A stretch of 60,262 nucleotides of DNA, the filler included, from Basidiobolus ranarum (taxonomy: Eukaryota), in NCBI GenBank assembly GCA_040143965.1. It is 14 parts of 14 records of this genome, joined end to end, with 100 filler letters (N's around TTAATTAATTAA, not from the genome) between each part and the next. Parts side by side here need not be neighbours in the genome. Positions count along the whole stretch, not along the records: positions 17,305 to 21,522 come from JASJQH010002065.1; positions 21,623 to 25,837 come from JASJQH010002066.1; positions 25,938 to 30,146 come from JASJQH010002067.1; positions 30,247 to 34,454 come from JASJQH010002068.1; 10 more parts are not named here. One strand, 5' to 3'. The first letter of the stretch is position 1; each line of letters begins with the position of its first letter. A program made the position numbers and the translations under genes. Below the pieces are notes generated by a model that made no database searches, was not told the DNA's origin, and was given only the letters and a program-made list of their open reading frames with translations. Positions 19,101 through 31,413 of this stretch are shown here, piece by piece.

Positions 19101-21366
19101 CTAGGAATGTGGGTTCTCTTTGGATTCAATAGTTGCTGGTGTACTAGGAATATCAACGGTTAAGCAAGAAATCATATCTATCAATTCATTCTTGTTGTAA
19201 GGCTTCGTAAGATATGCGGTCATTCCAGCTTCAATAGCAAGCCTTTTATACTCCGTTCGAGCATTCCCAGACACGCCAACAATGGGTATCGGGGAGGATC
19301 CTGACGCCACTTCAAGTTGACGTATGTGTTGAGTACATTCAAGACCTCCCATAACTGGCATTTCCAGGTCCTAAGCATATCAAGATTGGTTAATATTACA
19401 AGCCCTCCATAAGATATTGTTGGTGGCTTACTACCATTATGATCAATGTGAAATTGCTAGTTTTCAACAATTCAAGGGCTTCAAGGCCATGCTTAGCAAC
19501 ATCTACAGTGTATTGGACTGCTTCCAGTTGCCGCCTTAGCACACGTTGGTTGATGAGATTGTCTTCTACAACCAGAATTTTTTTCGATGCAGTTGAAGGT
19601 GTCGATATGTCATCTTTCTGACTCAACAATGTTTTCGCTGAAACCTTTCTCAATGGCGATTTTTTCCCTTCAGCTGAGCGATTTAATTCGCCTGCAGCTT
19701 TCTCTATCCTCCTATTTGGCTCGCTTATTAACCTCATTTTATCATCATCCTTGGCCTTTTGTTCCGCTTGTAAGGTTTCCTCCTTGCTTAGACGTTCACA
19801 TTGAATAAAAAACGAAAATGTTGTTCCGCTACCTTTGACGGAACTCACTTTGATACATCCACCGTGCAATTCTACAAGCCTTTTACTGATGAATAGCCCA
19901 AGGCCACTCCCACCAAATTCCGCATACGTCTTTGGACTAACTTGTGTAAAGCGGCGAAATAGAGATGCTTGTTCCTCAGAGGTCATACCTACTCCACTAT
20001 CTCTTATGGAAATCTCTATATACACAGTATTGGGTGACGCAGGTTTAAGCTGTCGATCCCTGTTGCGATCTCCAGGTGTATAACTGTTGATGTGTTGAAT
20101 GGTTCCTGTTGAAGAAGTGGAGCTGGAAATTGAAATGGAATCGAATTCTTGATCTGAGATTTCCAGCTCATTGTTGTCATTTTCAAATTGTGTCGAAGAG
20201 TACGGTGGACTGTCATACGCTTCGAGAGTGACCGTGATTTGTCGCGATGAAACCTTCTCAGTAAACCGTATGGCATTCGTCAAGAAATTGATCCTAATTA
20301 GATGAGTAACGTCAGGAGACTGATCTGTGCTCTTACTGTACACGCTACATGAGGAAACTTACAAAACTTGGGAGAGTCGAGTCGGATCACCTTTAACCCA
20401 ATTTATATTGATCTTGGAGTACCCTTCGGCAACCTTGAAGTCCATATCGATGCACTTAAGCTTGACTTCTGTCTCAAACATACGCAGTATGTTAGCGACT
20501 ATAGCATGTGGTTGGAGATTTGCCTCGGCAAGAACCAACAGATTCATATTTATCTTGGACATGTTTAGCACATCATCAGCAATTTTCTAAGAAACATGGC
20601 AATTTTGCTTTAGCGCCTGGTCTGATGAGATTGTACCTGCATTAATTTAGTTACCTTTTGATGCTGCGCACATAGGCTTATTGTTGCTACAGCGTCGAGA
20701 TCGTTTTTAATCTCAGCATTCAGCCATTTCATTACTTTCTTGCCACTTTCTCTCTGTAAATCCCGTTGAACCTTTTCAAGACTTTCGGAAAGGAAATCAG
20801 CGTTATGGTAAATTCCATTCAGCGGATTACGTAGCTCATGGCAAGTCATATCAATGAAAAGTTCCTGTTGCCTCTTGATCTCTTCGGCATCTTCGGCACG
20901 TCGTCGTTGCTGTCTCTCAGCGAGTTGCAAAGCGGATAAACGCTCTTTTTCTAGTATTTTCCTCTCCGTGAGATCCGTGAGCGTGCCTACAAAGCCATTA
21001 GGTTTGGCTTGATTGTCGTACTCCACAATCACTTCCCCTGGAATAGTAATTAGAAGATTGCTCGCTGATCTAAATTTGCTGTACAATGGTGAGCTTACCT
21101 AGACACCATTTGGTTTCACCAGTTGCTGAATTCCATCTGAATTCTATTACAAAACCCTTAGTCATCCGGATGTGTTCAGCAAATATCTCTGTAGCACGTT
21201 CACGATCCTCCGGATGAACGCTTTTTAAATGTCAATAGTAATTCCTAGTACAGACTCAAACTAAGATTCAAATTACCTTGAAATAAAGCCCAGTGCGCTC
21301 TGGTCCTTCCTTAGGTCATAGCCAGATATTTCCCACCATTTATCGTTTGTGTATGTTATGCGTCCC
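19101..21366 (-). CDS. Hybrid histidine kinase (PAS/PAC - HisKA - HATPase - receiver), multi-exon, 5' truncated
   Basis: GRITYTNDKWWEISG and HPEDRE (PAS); FIDMTCHELRNPLNGI (H box); NFLTNAIRFT, DSGVGM, GGSGLGLFIS; ILVVEDNLINQRVL..IIM/DLEMPVMGG..YLTKP. Confidence 0.95.
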
Positions 21367-21404
21367 TAATTCATAAAAATATGTAAGGATTGAGGATATT
21401 TTAA

Positions 21405-21522
21405 AGAGTAGGAGACAGTTTAACTGGGGAGGTGGCCTCCTAAAAAGTAACGGAGGCGTTCGAAGGTATACATGAAATTGGACGGAAACCAATTGAACAC
21501 TCAATCCAGCGCAATGGTTTAA
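21405..21522 (+). rRNA. Fragment of organellar/bacterial-type large-subunit rRNA (domain V, P-loop region); not a complete gene
   Basis: GACAGTTTAACTGGGGAGGTGGCCTCCTAAAAAGTAACGGAGGCGTTCGAAGGT resembles the conserved 23S motif AGTTTGACTGGGGCGGTCTCCTCCTAAAGAGTAACGGAGG..CGAAGGT. Confidence 0.8.
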
Positions 21523-21622
21523 NNNNNNNNNNNNNNNNNNNNNNNNNNNNNNNNNNNNNNNNNNNNTTAATTAATTAANNNNNNNNNNNNNNNNNNNNNN
21601 NNNNNNNNNNNNNNNNNNNNNN

Positions 21623-21961
21623 TTGATCGTGATTGCTTCACTCTGTGACATCGACACACTCATGGTAGCTGCTGTGATGCTCTTTGTGGCCACCTTTGCT
21701 GTTGGCCTCGGACCCATTCCCTGGATGTTGATGCCCGAGCTCATTCCTACCTATGCTATCGGAGCTGCTAGTTCCACAGCCACTGCTGTCAACTGGCTAT
21801 TCAACTTTGTCGTTAGTCAAGGATTTCCTCCTATGAAAGATGCTCTTGGAAACTATTCTTTTCTCCCGTTTGGTATCATTTGCGCACTTGGTATTGCTTT
21901 CACATTCTTCTTTGTCCCCGAGACCAAAGGCCGTAATCCTAATGAAATGTATAGGCAGTAA
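21623..21961 (+). CDS. C-terminus of an MFS sugar porter (GLUT-like); 5' truncated
   Basis: FAVGLGPIPWMLMPEL, VNWLFNFVV, FFFVPETKG. Confidence 0.93.
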   Translation: MIVIASLCDIDTLMVAAVMLFVATFAVGLGPIPWMLMPELIPTYAIGAASSTATAVNWLFNFVVSQGFPPMKDALGNYSFLPFGIICALGIAFTFFFVPETKGRNPNEMYRQ

Positions 21962-22463
21962 TTTTCATTCATTTTAAATAATTATGCTCTTTCTGATTAG
22001 ATCGATTATATACTTCATGTAAAAAATAAACCTCACCCGCATTTAATAAATCACAAACTATTAATCTAGTATTTTTTAATCGCCATATACAAATTAAACT
22101 CACATAAAATTGAAAAAATAAATGACAAATCAAAATTTCAACCATTTATTATACTCTCAAATTCTTGGCTTATTATTATGAATTTCTAAAATATGTTTAT
22201 TTAGCAACCACTGATGTTTGTGGCAAATGTTGAATATTAGAATGTCTTTTTGTGAGTCAATCGGATTTAATATGTTTGCTTTTATACATAGTCCCTGTGG
22301 TGGCTTTCAGTATTATACAATAGAGCTCGGATTAAGAAATTCTCATATCATGTTAGGCTATTGTTATGTTGTTGAACACATTTATGACTTAATTGTAAAA
22401 CTACGAAATGATAGAAGGCCATATTTGATAGAATTTCGTACATTTTTAGAAATCAAAATTACA

Positions 22464-22594
22464 GTATCGATATCCTCATTATTGGTGATTTGGTTGATAG
22501 CAGTGTTGAACCTGCTGCTAACAGAATTGGTCGTACGAGGACCTTCCTGCCCAACAGCCTCTTCATCATCGGTGCCATCCTTGTTTCTACTGCC
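22464..22594 (+). pseudogene. Degenerate sugar-porter fragment (TM2-TM3 region)
   Basis: IGDLVDSSVEPAANRIGRTRTFLPNSLFIIGAILVSTA resembles the MFS motif A context (G..ANRFGRK..LL.N..FIIGA.L); no intact flanking frame. Confidence 0.6.
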
Positions 22595-24975
22595 TGCCCA
22601 GTTCGTAACTGGCGGTATCACCAAATCTCTTATCCGAAAACAAAGTTGATGCGGCCAGAATTGCTTTACAAAAGCCCCACAGTGGATGTGCAATTGACAA
22701 TGCGTTCGATGAGTGCTGCTCATAAGGACGAGACTCTCAATATGTCACTGATGTTGGTGGTCAGATGTCTCAGACACTAAAGACCGAAATCTTAATGAAA
22801 TAGCCGAATATTAATCTCATTCAATATATATTTTGCTTTAATTATGAAGTTCATAAATTCATTTTCTCATATTTGATCTTGTACAAAATAAACATAATTT
22901 AATCAAATTATTAATTCCAGAACATGTGAGACAGGAATATTGGACTCACTTGCGCGTAGAAAGTCAGAATCTATTCGAGATTAGGTTTGTTTTCCAGTGT
23001 AACAGGCAAACTGTTGCTGAGTTAACTTTGGTAGCCAGTTTCATAATAATTCTCCACTTTTGTGATACTTTTATTAGTGATATACCATTAAAAATTCACC
23101 TTCTGGATTCTGTTTCTCATTAATCTAGATTTGACCATATTTAGGTTTTCCACATACGTAACCCGAATTCACAAGTTTCATTGGTGTTTATTATGGCAAT
23201 TTATCCAAGATTCCCGTAACGAATAACGAATTAGGATTGTTTAGCGAGTATTATGGAAATCTTCTCCATTACTCGATCTAAATTGGCATAAAATATTCAT
23301 GTATTGATTCTATTATATAAAATCACTCAATCTTCGAGAGTTTCGAGTTTCTAAAGTTTCTAGAGCCACTTATTTAGGCTAAATATGAAATTATTCCAGA
23401 ATCCCAATATGGGCGATACCTTTGGTTAATCAATGCCTATTTACTGGTAAATTATTTATTTTTATAGGTATCGTGGAGATTGATGTTCTAGATTTACTAA
23501 TTTGAGTTTACCAGCTTTACGTGCAGGTACACGGTAAACACGTTTTTCTTACGGTATCCAAATTATTGGTCTAAACATTGCCATATGGCATATTAGCGGA
23601 GTCAATAAAGATATTGAAATACACAATTCAACTTCATTTCCTATGTCCTTCATGTTGTGATTTTGCTCTAACCTCATACATTAGTAATTGCAATACTTTC
23701 AATTTTTACACTTTCGTGTTTTCTCGGGGAATTTGGCGTAAACAAGCACGGTAGTATGGTTTTCCGCTACGGCTCCTCATGTCATCTGGAACAGGAGGTC
23801 TAGCTGATTTGATTTTTATCCTATTGGTGGCTTGATCGACACACTTGAAGCTGGACCCGTCGCTAACAGATTAAGATTCAGTCTTCTGTGAAATAGCTTT
23901 CTTTACTGGTATAGTTATTGCCTTCGCAGTTACTTGGAGGTATTATCGAATTGTGGTGATTTTACAAAGAATCCCAATTGAATATTCTCATCTACATTGG
24001 TGATTTTCGCGTCCAACGTCGAAACATATAACCATTAAGATAGTCGTCATCATAGTAGACAAGTGGATCTTCGGTCAAGTGTTCTTCCAACAGATTACAA
24101 ACAGTATTTGAATATCATAAATTCAAATCCAGTCCTAACTCGTTGAATCACAAATGTGATTTGATTCATAAAATTCCCTATCACCTGCTGGGATTGAAAA
24201 AATCTTCGAATCCAGACCTTTTATTGGGATGGAATATTCGAACATAGCATTTCTTATATAATCGTGTCTCACTTATCACTAAAGGAAATGGATTTATGGG
24301 TAGTGATGTTTCATGTCCCAATAGGGTAATTCATTCTGATGTTAGCAATTTTCGCGTTGCAAGGTGTTTTAGGTACCGTTCTCTTGGTTACCGGAAGCTC
24401 GGAAAGAGTAGTGGCAGAACAATTCTTAGTATTCAATGACATTTCAAATAGTATTTGTATATGTCATTCTAAATAGCAAATACTTACAACACTAGCAATA
24501 AATTGATGAGTAATAAGTGTCTAAATACAAGGAATAACCCTAGAAATTACTCCAACTCTGGATACTATACTAAATTATTGCCCAGATTTCACTGAACCAG
24601 ACTTCTAAAAATCCGTGCTAATAGTCCTTTTAAAGCAACCGAATCGTTTCCGTATGCATTGACCCATTTAAATGAAAATTCAACATCAATGTAACTAGAA
24701 AATCCCAATCTGTTAGTGCTTATTTATTTGGTAATAAATGAGGCAATTTACTAATTTGTTAAAGAATTTGTCCTCGCGGTTAATCTTGGGTATTTTAGTT
24801 TACATGGGTCTCCAGCCCTAGTTCGTCGGAGATTCTGACCGAGGGATGAGCGTAACATCAGTGATATAAAAATGGAACATGTATTACCTACAACCACAGA
24901 TCGAAATCCAACTATCCTTCTATAATAACTCTGAGAAATCCCTTCCTTGGCTTTGCTGCTTGGATTACTTCTGCT

Positions 24976-25837
24976 ATGTCTCCAATCACTTTAAACGAAA
25001 GACAAATGTCTGCTCTAGTTGACCTAGAGTCTCAATTCAAACTTTCCGAGGAGAAGCTCAGAGAGATAGTTGACACTTTCATTGCTGATATGAAAAAGGG
25101 TTTGGCCGCACCAGGTGAAGCTATGGCTATGATTCCTTCTTTCGTAACTGGTAGACCAACTGGTCAAGAAACCGGTTCCTATTTGGCTTTGGACCTTGGA
25201 GGAACCAATTTCCGTGTTTGCATGGTTGAATTGAAAGGAAACAGTCAGTTCTCTATTTCACAACACAAATACACCGTTTCTGACGAACTGAAAAGTGGTG
25301 ATGGTAAAGTTTTATTCGATTTCTTTGCCAAGTGCATTGATGACTTTATTACTTTGCGTCCTGAGACCGAATCTCTTCGCCAAGCTGCCATTGTTCCTCT
25401 TGGTTTCACCTTTTCTTTCCCCATCGATCAAACTGCAATCAATCGCGGTAAACTTTTGACCTGGACTAAGAGTTTCACTGCCACCAATGTGATTGGCTTT
25501 GATGTGGCTCACCTTCTTCAAGATGCTTTGAACCGTAGACATTTAAGCAACGTTAAAGTTGCTGCATTAGTTAACGATACCGTAGGAACCCTTCTTGCTG
25601 CTGGTTACGCTGAGCCCTCCACTACTTGTGGTGTCATTTTTGGAACCGGTACCAATGCCGCATATATTGAGCACGTTAAGGATATTCCCAAGTGGACTGG
25701 ATCTCAGGAAGATGCTGAAATGGCCATTAACATGGAGTGGGGAGCTTTCGGCAATGATAAAAAAGTTCTTCCCGTTACCCAGTACGACAACCGCTTGGAC
25801 AACACTTCCCCAGAGCCATTCCACCAAGTGTTTGAGA
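24976..25837 (+). CDS. Hexokinase, 3' truncated
   Basis: MIPSFV, LALDLGGTNFRV, LGFTFSFP, VNDTVGT, IFGTGTNAAY, INMEWGAF. Confidence 0.97.
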
Positions 25838-25937
25838 NNNNNNNNNNNNNNNNNNNNNNNNNNNNNNNNNNNNNNNNNNNNTTAATTAATTAANNNNNNN
25901 NNNNNNNNNNNNNNNNNNNNNNNNNNNNNNNNNNNNN

Positions 25938-26720
25938 ACGGACGCCGTCATTTTCTTTGGCAGAGCATTCCAAGTATTTGTAGGCGCCGATTTTATTGGC
26001 AACAGAGTTGGCCTTGATAAGAGTTTTAACGATTAGTTGCGAAAATTGAGCATTAAAGGAAGAGTGAGTTACATACTTGCTCAACTGTGACAGGTGATTG
26101 TCCTTGTTTTCTGAGTTCTTCAATGGTTCTGGGATCGTTGCGTAAATCTTTCTTGCAACCAACAAGGATGATAGGAAGGCCAGCACAGAAGTGAAGTACT
26201 TCAGAAATCCACTATTTTTTTGATATTGTTAGGTTGCCAATTGTCAGTATTTGAAGAAAAAGAAATGAATTACCTTCTCTTGTACGTTTTCCAGAGAATC
26301 AGGTGAATCAACAGAGAAACAAATCAAAATAACATGAGAATCAGGGTAGGAAAGAGGACGAAGACGATCATAATCTTCTTGTCCTGCAGTATCCCACAAA
26401 GCTAACTCGACTCTTTTACCATCAACTTCGACGTCAGCAACGTAGTTTTCGAAGACGGTAGGAACATATACCTACACAAATATGAAGCAAGATTGTAAGT
26501 AAAAAGAGGTCCTTCTTGATGATGAAAAGAAATGTGGAGTGAACTAGATCACCAGACTGTATATTTTTTAAAGAAAGAATAAAAAGAAAAGTTTTGGCGA
26601 GAAAAAAAAATAGGGGGAATTTACCTCAGGGAAAGTGCCCTTTGAGAAAACAATCAACAAGCAGGTTTTACCGCAAGCACCATCACCAACAATTACTAAT
26701 TTGCGACGAATTTCGGACAT
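25938..26720 (-). CDS. RHO1: Rho1 GTPase, at least 4 exons (26720-26625, 26471-26274, 26211-26077, about 26012-25938), 3' truncated
   Basis: [32 protein letters not shown] / [33 protein letters not shown] / [16 protein letters not shown] / YLECSAK. Confidence 0.97.
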
Positions 26721-28953
26721 GTTAGACGTTGTTGCTTAATTCTGTGGACAGATGAAAGGAAGTATATTTTAATATATATTTCAGATTGATTGTGATGGTT
26801 CGATAGTAGTAAAGAGTTTGCACAAAACAGGAGGGCTGATATGAGAAGCAAAGATGATTTGTAGAAATCAGAAAAGGCTTTACCAAAACAAATATAGCAG
26901 CACGGTTGAGTAGTAATGAAAACTAAAGAGTTAAAGGAAATCGAATCCTTGGGCAAGATTAAGGTGGAGCCAGGTAAGGAAGGGGTAGATGAATGATGTG
27001 GGAGCCGAGCAGATGCAAAATGGGGACCAAAATCAAGAATATTTAGGGTTATGCTGAAAAATAGATTTCAAAAAAGGGTATTAAAGTGGGATATAATGGA
27101 TAATAATAGGGAATAATGTAATAGTAACATGTGGACTTGACTACAAGATTCTCTGCCCTTGCGATCAAATCCAATAGCTTGAATCACCATACACACGGCT
27201 GGCCAGTAGTGAGCCACAATTCTTAGGGAAACTTCCAAGTCAACTGAGGATGGCATTTGAAAGCCATTTTCTCATGTCTGTCATGCTAATGAGCTGCTTG
27301 GGATTAATTCTCCCCTGTGATTGGGCCTAATTGATGGGCAATTGATATTTGGATATTGGACAGAGGTGGCCGATTCCCTAGATAAGACGCTCTAGAACTA
27401 ATCTGACCTGACAGCAAACCAGGGTTATCATAACGGGCCTTGGCAGTGACAGATGAATCAAACCCTTGTAATAGCTTACAGTGCGCTATTAATTTAATGT
27501 ATATCTGGGGGCTAGTCTGCGGCAATATTTACTCGCATGTACGCATCAATTGGTAGTACCAGTTATAGAAGCTATTGTTTTCCACGATGCACGTTAAAAT
27601 GAAATGTACTATCGGAGCAATGCTTGTTCGCGCCGAAAACATTCAAGCATACTCTTGTGCAACATTCAGAACTTGTTCTTAGAATTGAGGTCCCTTGAGT
27701 ATCATTACGTGCTAGGGGGCAGGTCATGAAAGACAAACAAGGGATCTTGATTTAAACATGGGTATTCATGTAATTATGAATTTGAATGTTTGATAGTAGA
27801 GAGTGCGAGTGTAGGCGTGGTACATCAATAACGGCAGCTCCAGAAGCATATGCCAAGTTTTGTTTAATAGTTTACTTTACCCATATACAATTTTTAGTTT
27901 AGTGCTTGGCTTAAGTTTCTGCATTATACACTACAATGCAAACTTGCATCTCACTTTTTCCCGATCATCTTTCTAACGTACAGTGTAGATTGTGCTGCAA
28001 CATCTGCCCATGCATACCACCATAATATTTTGAAATCCTATAAATTCACATTACCATGACATAGAGTTAGATACCCCTTAGGTGATTCTTGAAAGTTATT
28101 AATCTGGCGGGGTTGTTTCGCTAAGGACTCGCAGCTGACTTGTTGCAGTTATATATTGAGCATGTGCTTGCCTTTCAAGTACGTACAATTGGCTCACACG
28201 TAATATCAATTATGGTTTTATTTAATATGACGAAGGGACGGTCAAGAAAAGGGTTAACTCGTCATAATAAGCTAATAGTGGTGAAGGAAGCAAACATGAA
28301 CATACTCGAAAGGTCATAGTTATATCTGCCTGGTCTGTAGACCAATCTACCATTTCTGTCCATTTATCAACAAAGGCTATCACTATTTGTTATTACTTGA
28401 GCCCTGAGGATTGTTCACTATTCCTTTCTCTGCCCTCAAGACTGACTCCCGACTCCTTTAGAATACCTATCTTAATGTGAACTTTTATTCTGCTCATAGT
28501 GGAAGTATTTTCCTCAGGTATTTCGATAACCATTTGTGCGTTGTAATATACCCCCTAGTAGTAGTCATTTTGATAGTAAGGTTCGTTCAACTATACCTGA
28601 ATTATTATACCAGGGATATGGCTATATATTTTCCCCTAGTTTAGTTGCTTTAGTTTTGTTCGTTGTGCCAAATATCTATATTTGAACTAGACTATTCGGG
28701 GAAGGTAGAAACAAAAAATCAGGCGATTTTCCTGGTTCTTTTCTTCAGGTTTTGTAGGTTTACTCCCTATGTATCCTCATAGCAGCATCAACCCAACCTT
28801 TGTGCAGTGGTTTCTTACCCGAAAGGATAGCGTTATGATACCCTAAAGGGCACGTCTATACTTCATTTTGTACATAATCAACTAACTAGAATGTAACTGG
28901 GATTTTATATAGGCAGTTATGTACATTAGATCCGCGAATTTGAAGAGCTGAAA

Positions 28954-29634
28954 TCATATTTCCACTCGTATCTCAGGTTTCTTGCGGCACCAAAGATCAA
29001 TACTATCTGATTGGTGCTGTTCTGCTTGTTTTGTAAGGGATTGGAGGAAGCAATGGTGCCGATAGTACCTATAAGAGATCAGCCCTACTATCTCAACAAG
29101 ATAGGAGCCCGCTGCTATCCAGAACCAATAGAATATCTCGGGTGATCCTCTTTGTGCCATCTAAGGATTAATGGAACATTAGTTAGAGATGCACACAAGA
29201 CTGGTGTTCTCAATCTGTTTCCCCATAACTAAACCACGTACCTCGAAGTTTACCAGATATGCTTCTATTAGGAATTGTGCTGTGAAGACGCAAGTCCACA
29301 ATATTGTCTTGCACACAAATTCTCGTAGAACCCTTTCTTCGTCGTCACAGCCGTTGGTTTTCAGGAATGGCTGCATGCATCTCATGGGTAGTATAGTTAG
29401 ACTCAGCCCAGCCAGGAGCAGTAGAATCATGCAAACCACCAAAAATAATAGCAACTGTAAGGCAAAGAATAATTTCTTGGGCTGCATCACACCACCCTGT
29501 CCACCATGATCATAGAAAAAGGGCACTGTGTCTGGCAATATCCGGCAATAGTATATAGCCACAGTAATCAAGGCAATGGTTTGTATAAAGAGAAGGAAAA
29601 TGGGAAAGAGAAAGCTTTTTCCAGCCTTCTTCAT
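28954..29634 (-). CDS. Small multi-pass membrane protein with a DUF1648-like N-terminal motif; two exons (intron about 29240-29161); start uncertain
   Basis: TM-YYCRILPDTVPFFYDHGGQGGVMQPK-TM resembles the DUF1648 pattern Y..LPD.VP.HF...G.......K; four hydrophobic segments; GTACGT..TTAG intron joins ORFs 29179-29634 and 28954-29160. Confidence 0.6.
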
Positions 29635-31413
29635 CTCCCGTGTAATTCAATGGATTTACTGAAGACAAGGAAACTCACGGCCAGCGTTTTGGAGGGTTTG
29701 GATGCGCACGAGGGTAGCTCAGTCAATTTAAGTCACTGGGTTCAAGCAGCTGTCCATTTTAAGAAAGAGCATGGAGGAAGAGCCAATGGGCCGTCGTGAT
29801 TAGGGAGGTACTGCTCACTAAGCCTTAATAACAAATATCATGTCGAAAGGACAACGCAGTGCTGACGACTACAAGAGCCTGATTGCTAGGAACCAAGACA
29901 TGTGATTGATGAGATAAATAATTACTTGGGATTGTGTTACTCTGGCCAAAATGAGGAGTGGTACGGGTGGGGCGAATACAAATTTTAGGATTGTTGAGGA
30001 CGCGGCTTGTCATGCGGGGTTGTGCAGAATTACTGGCTGGCCTCTTTTCCGCGCAGGAGATGGTCTAGTCGCCTCCGGATAGCACGATCTGATTATTTAT
30101 TCACAGTTCTGGTTCCAGATGGAGTTCAATCTTAATTTTAAATGACNNNNNNNNNNNNNNNNNNNNNNNNNNNNNNNNNNNNNNNNNNNNTTAATTAATT
30201 AANNNNNNNNNNNNNNNNNNNNNNNNNNNNNNNNNNNNNNNNNNNNGTATTACTTTCGTACCATTGGCTGCTTGAGGCAAGGCGAAGTGGGATTACGTTG
30301 AATGGAAGAGGCGACGAGGTGTATAACAATATGGTAAGCGATTGTCCAGTATTCATTGGGTCCATTTGCTGTTCTAACCGCATGGATTGTCCGGTTCATT
30401 TGTCAATGCGAAATCGATTTAAGGTCAAACATTAGGAAAGGTTAGTTCATAGAGTAGGCCCCCGCCCATTGTTATCCATTGGTGTTGAGGTTGTGGTAGA
30501 GTGATGAGGGTTGGAATGTTTCGGTGTGGGTCCAATTATCCCAGACTGGTCAATTCGTTACATGGTCTGATTTTAAACGCTCAAATGAGATATTGTGGCA
30601 TTCTTCTGATCTTGAAACCTGCAGCAACAAGATTGAATGATAAAAGAAGCTCTGCAAATGCTGGATAGTTATGTTGAGAAATCTAGCTAATTGAAGGTGA
30701 CTTGGAAACAAGAATTGACACTCAAGTTTCATTCAATAATGTTCCCGATACTCCCATTTGTTTACGCCTACATCAGTAAGGCTGCCACTAAACAATGAAT
30801 CCTGTGGCAGACCGTGGTTTATTCGATTGTTGAGATAACAAAGTGTTTCTAGTGTATTTAAGTGTCCATCAAGGTGGTTTACTGTTCTAGGATAGATTAT
30901 CGCGACATTTAAGCTAAAAAGGTATCCTAAGCCTAATTGTTTAGTTTATTGAGTAAGGATAAAAGGGCTCCTTCAGACTCATTTCCCGTGCAGAATACCA
31001 ACCCATGACCTTGCAGAATTCTCAGTAGAAGATTATAGTCGCTTTTCAAAGTCAAGTCCTATCCAAGTATTCAAAATTGATTTGCTTAACTAGTGATTTG
31101 AGTAGTTGACATCATTTTAATTACGGCCCACCTAGTTATTTTCTATTAACTGGACGAAGATTGTGAAGGCATCAAGCTGCACAAAAATGTCAGCAGCTTA
31201 GAAATGGTGAGATAAAAAGTAAACTTAGCAAGTGAGTGTTGAAGGAATATACATTAATGTATTAAATAGATTATTGTAGAGATACAAAATTGGATATTAA
31301 ATCTAAGAGCAACAGGATCAGAATCTGGAGTTCTTCCGATTTGAATGCTAACGTAATGTAGCTACACTGTCCTTTTTTGTGGTACCAGATCTCAACTCAA
31401 CCAATGATGAACC

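Noticed and set aside
24810-24815. CreA-type SYGGRG site upstream of hexokinase
   Set aside because: A single 6-mer is expected by chance.
4631-25837. Apparent glucose-regulation cluster (CreA-like factor with sugar porter and hexokinase)
   Set aside because: The CreA-like gene is on a different contig, so its proximity is a concatenation artefact.
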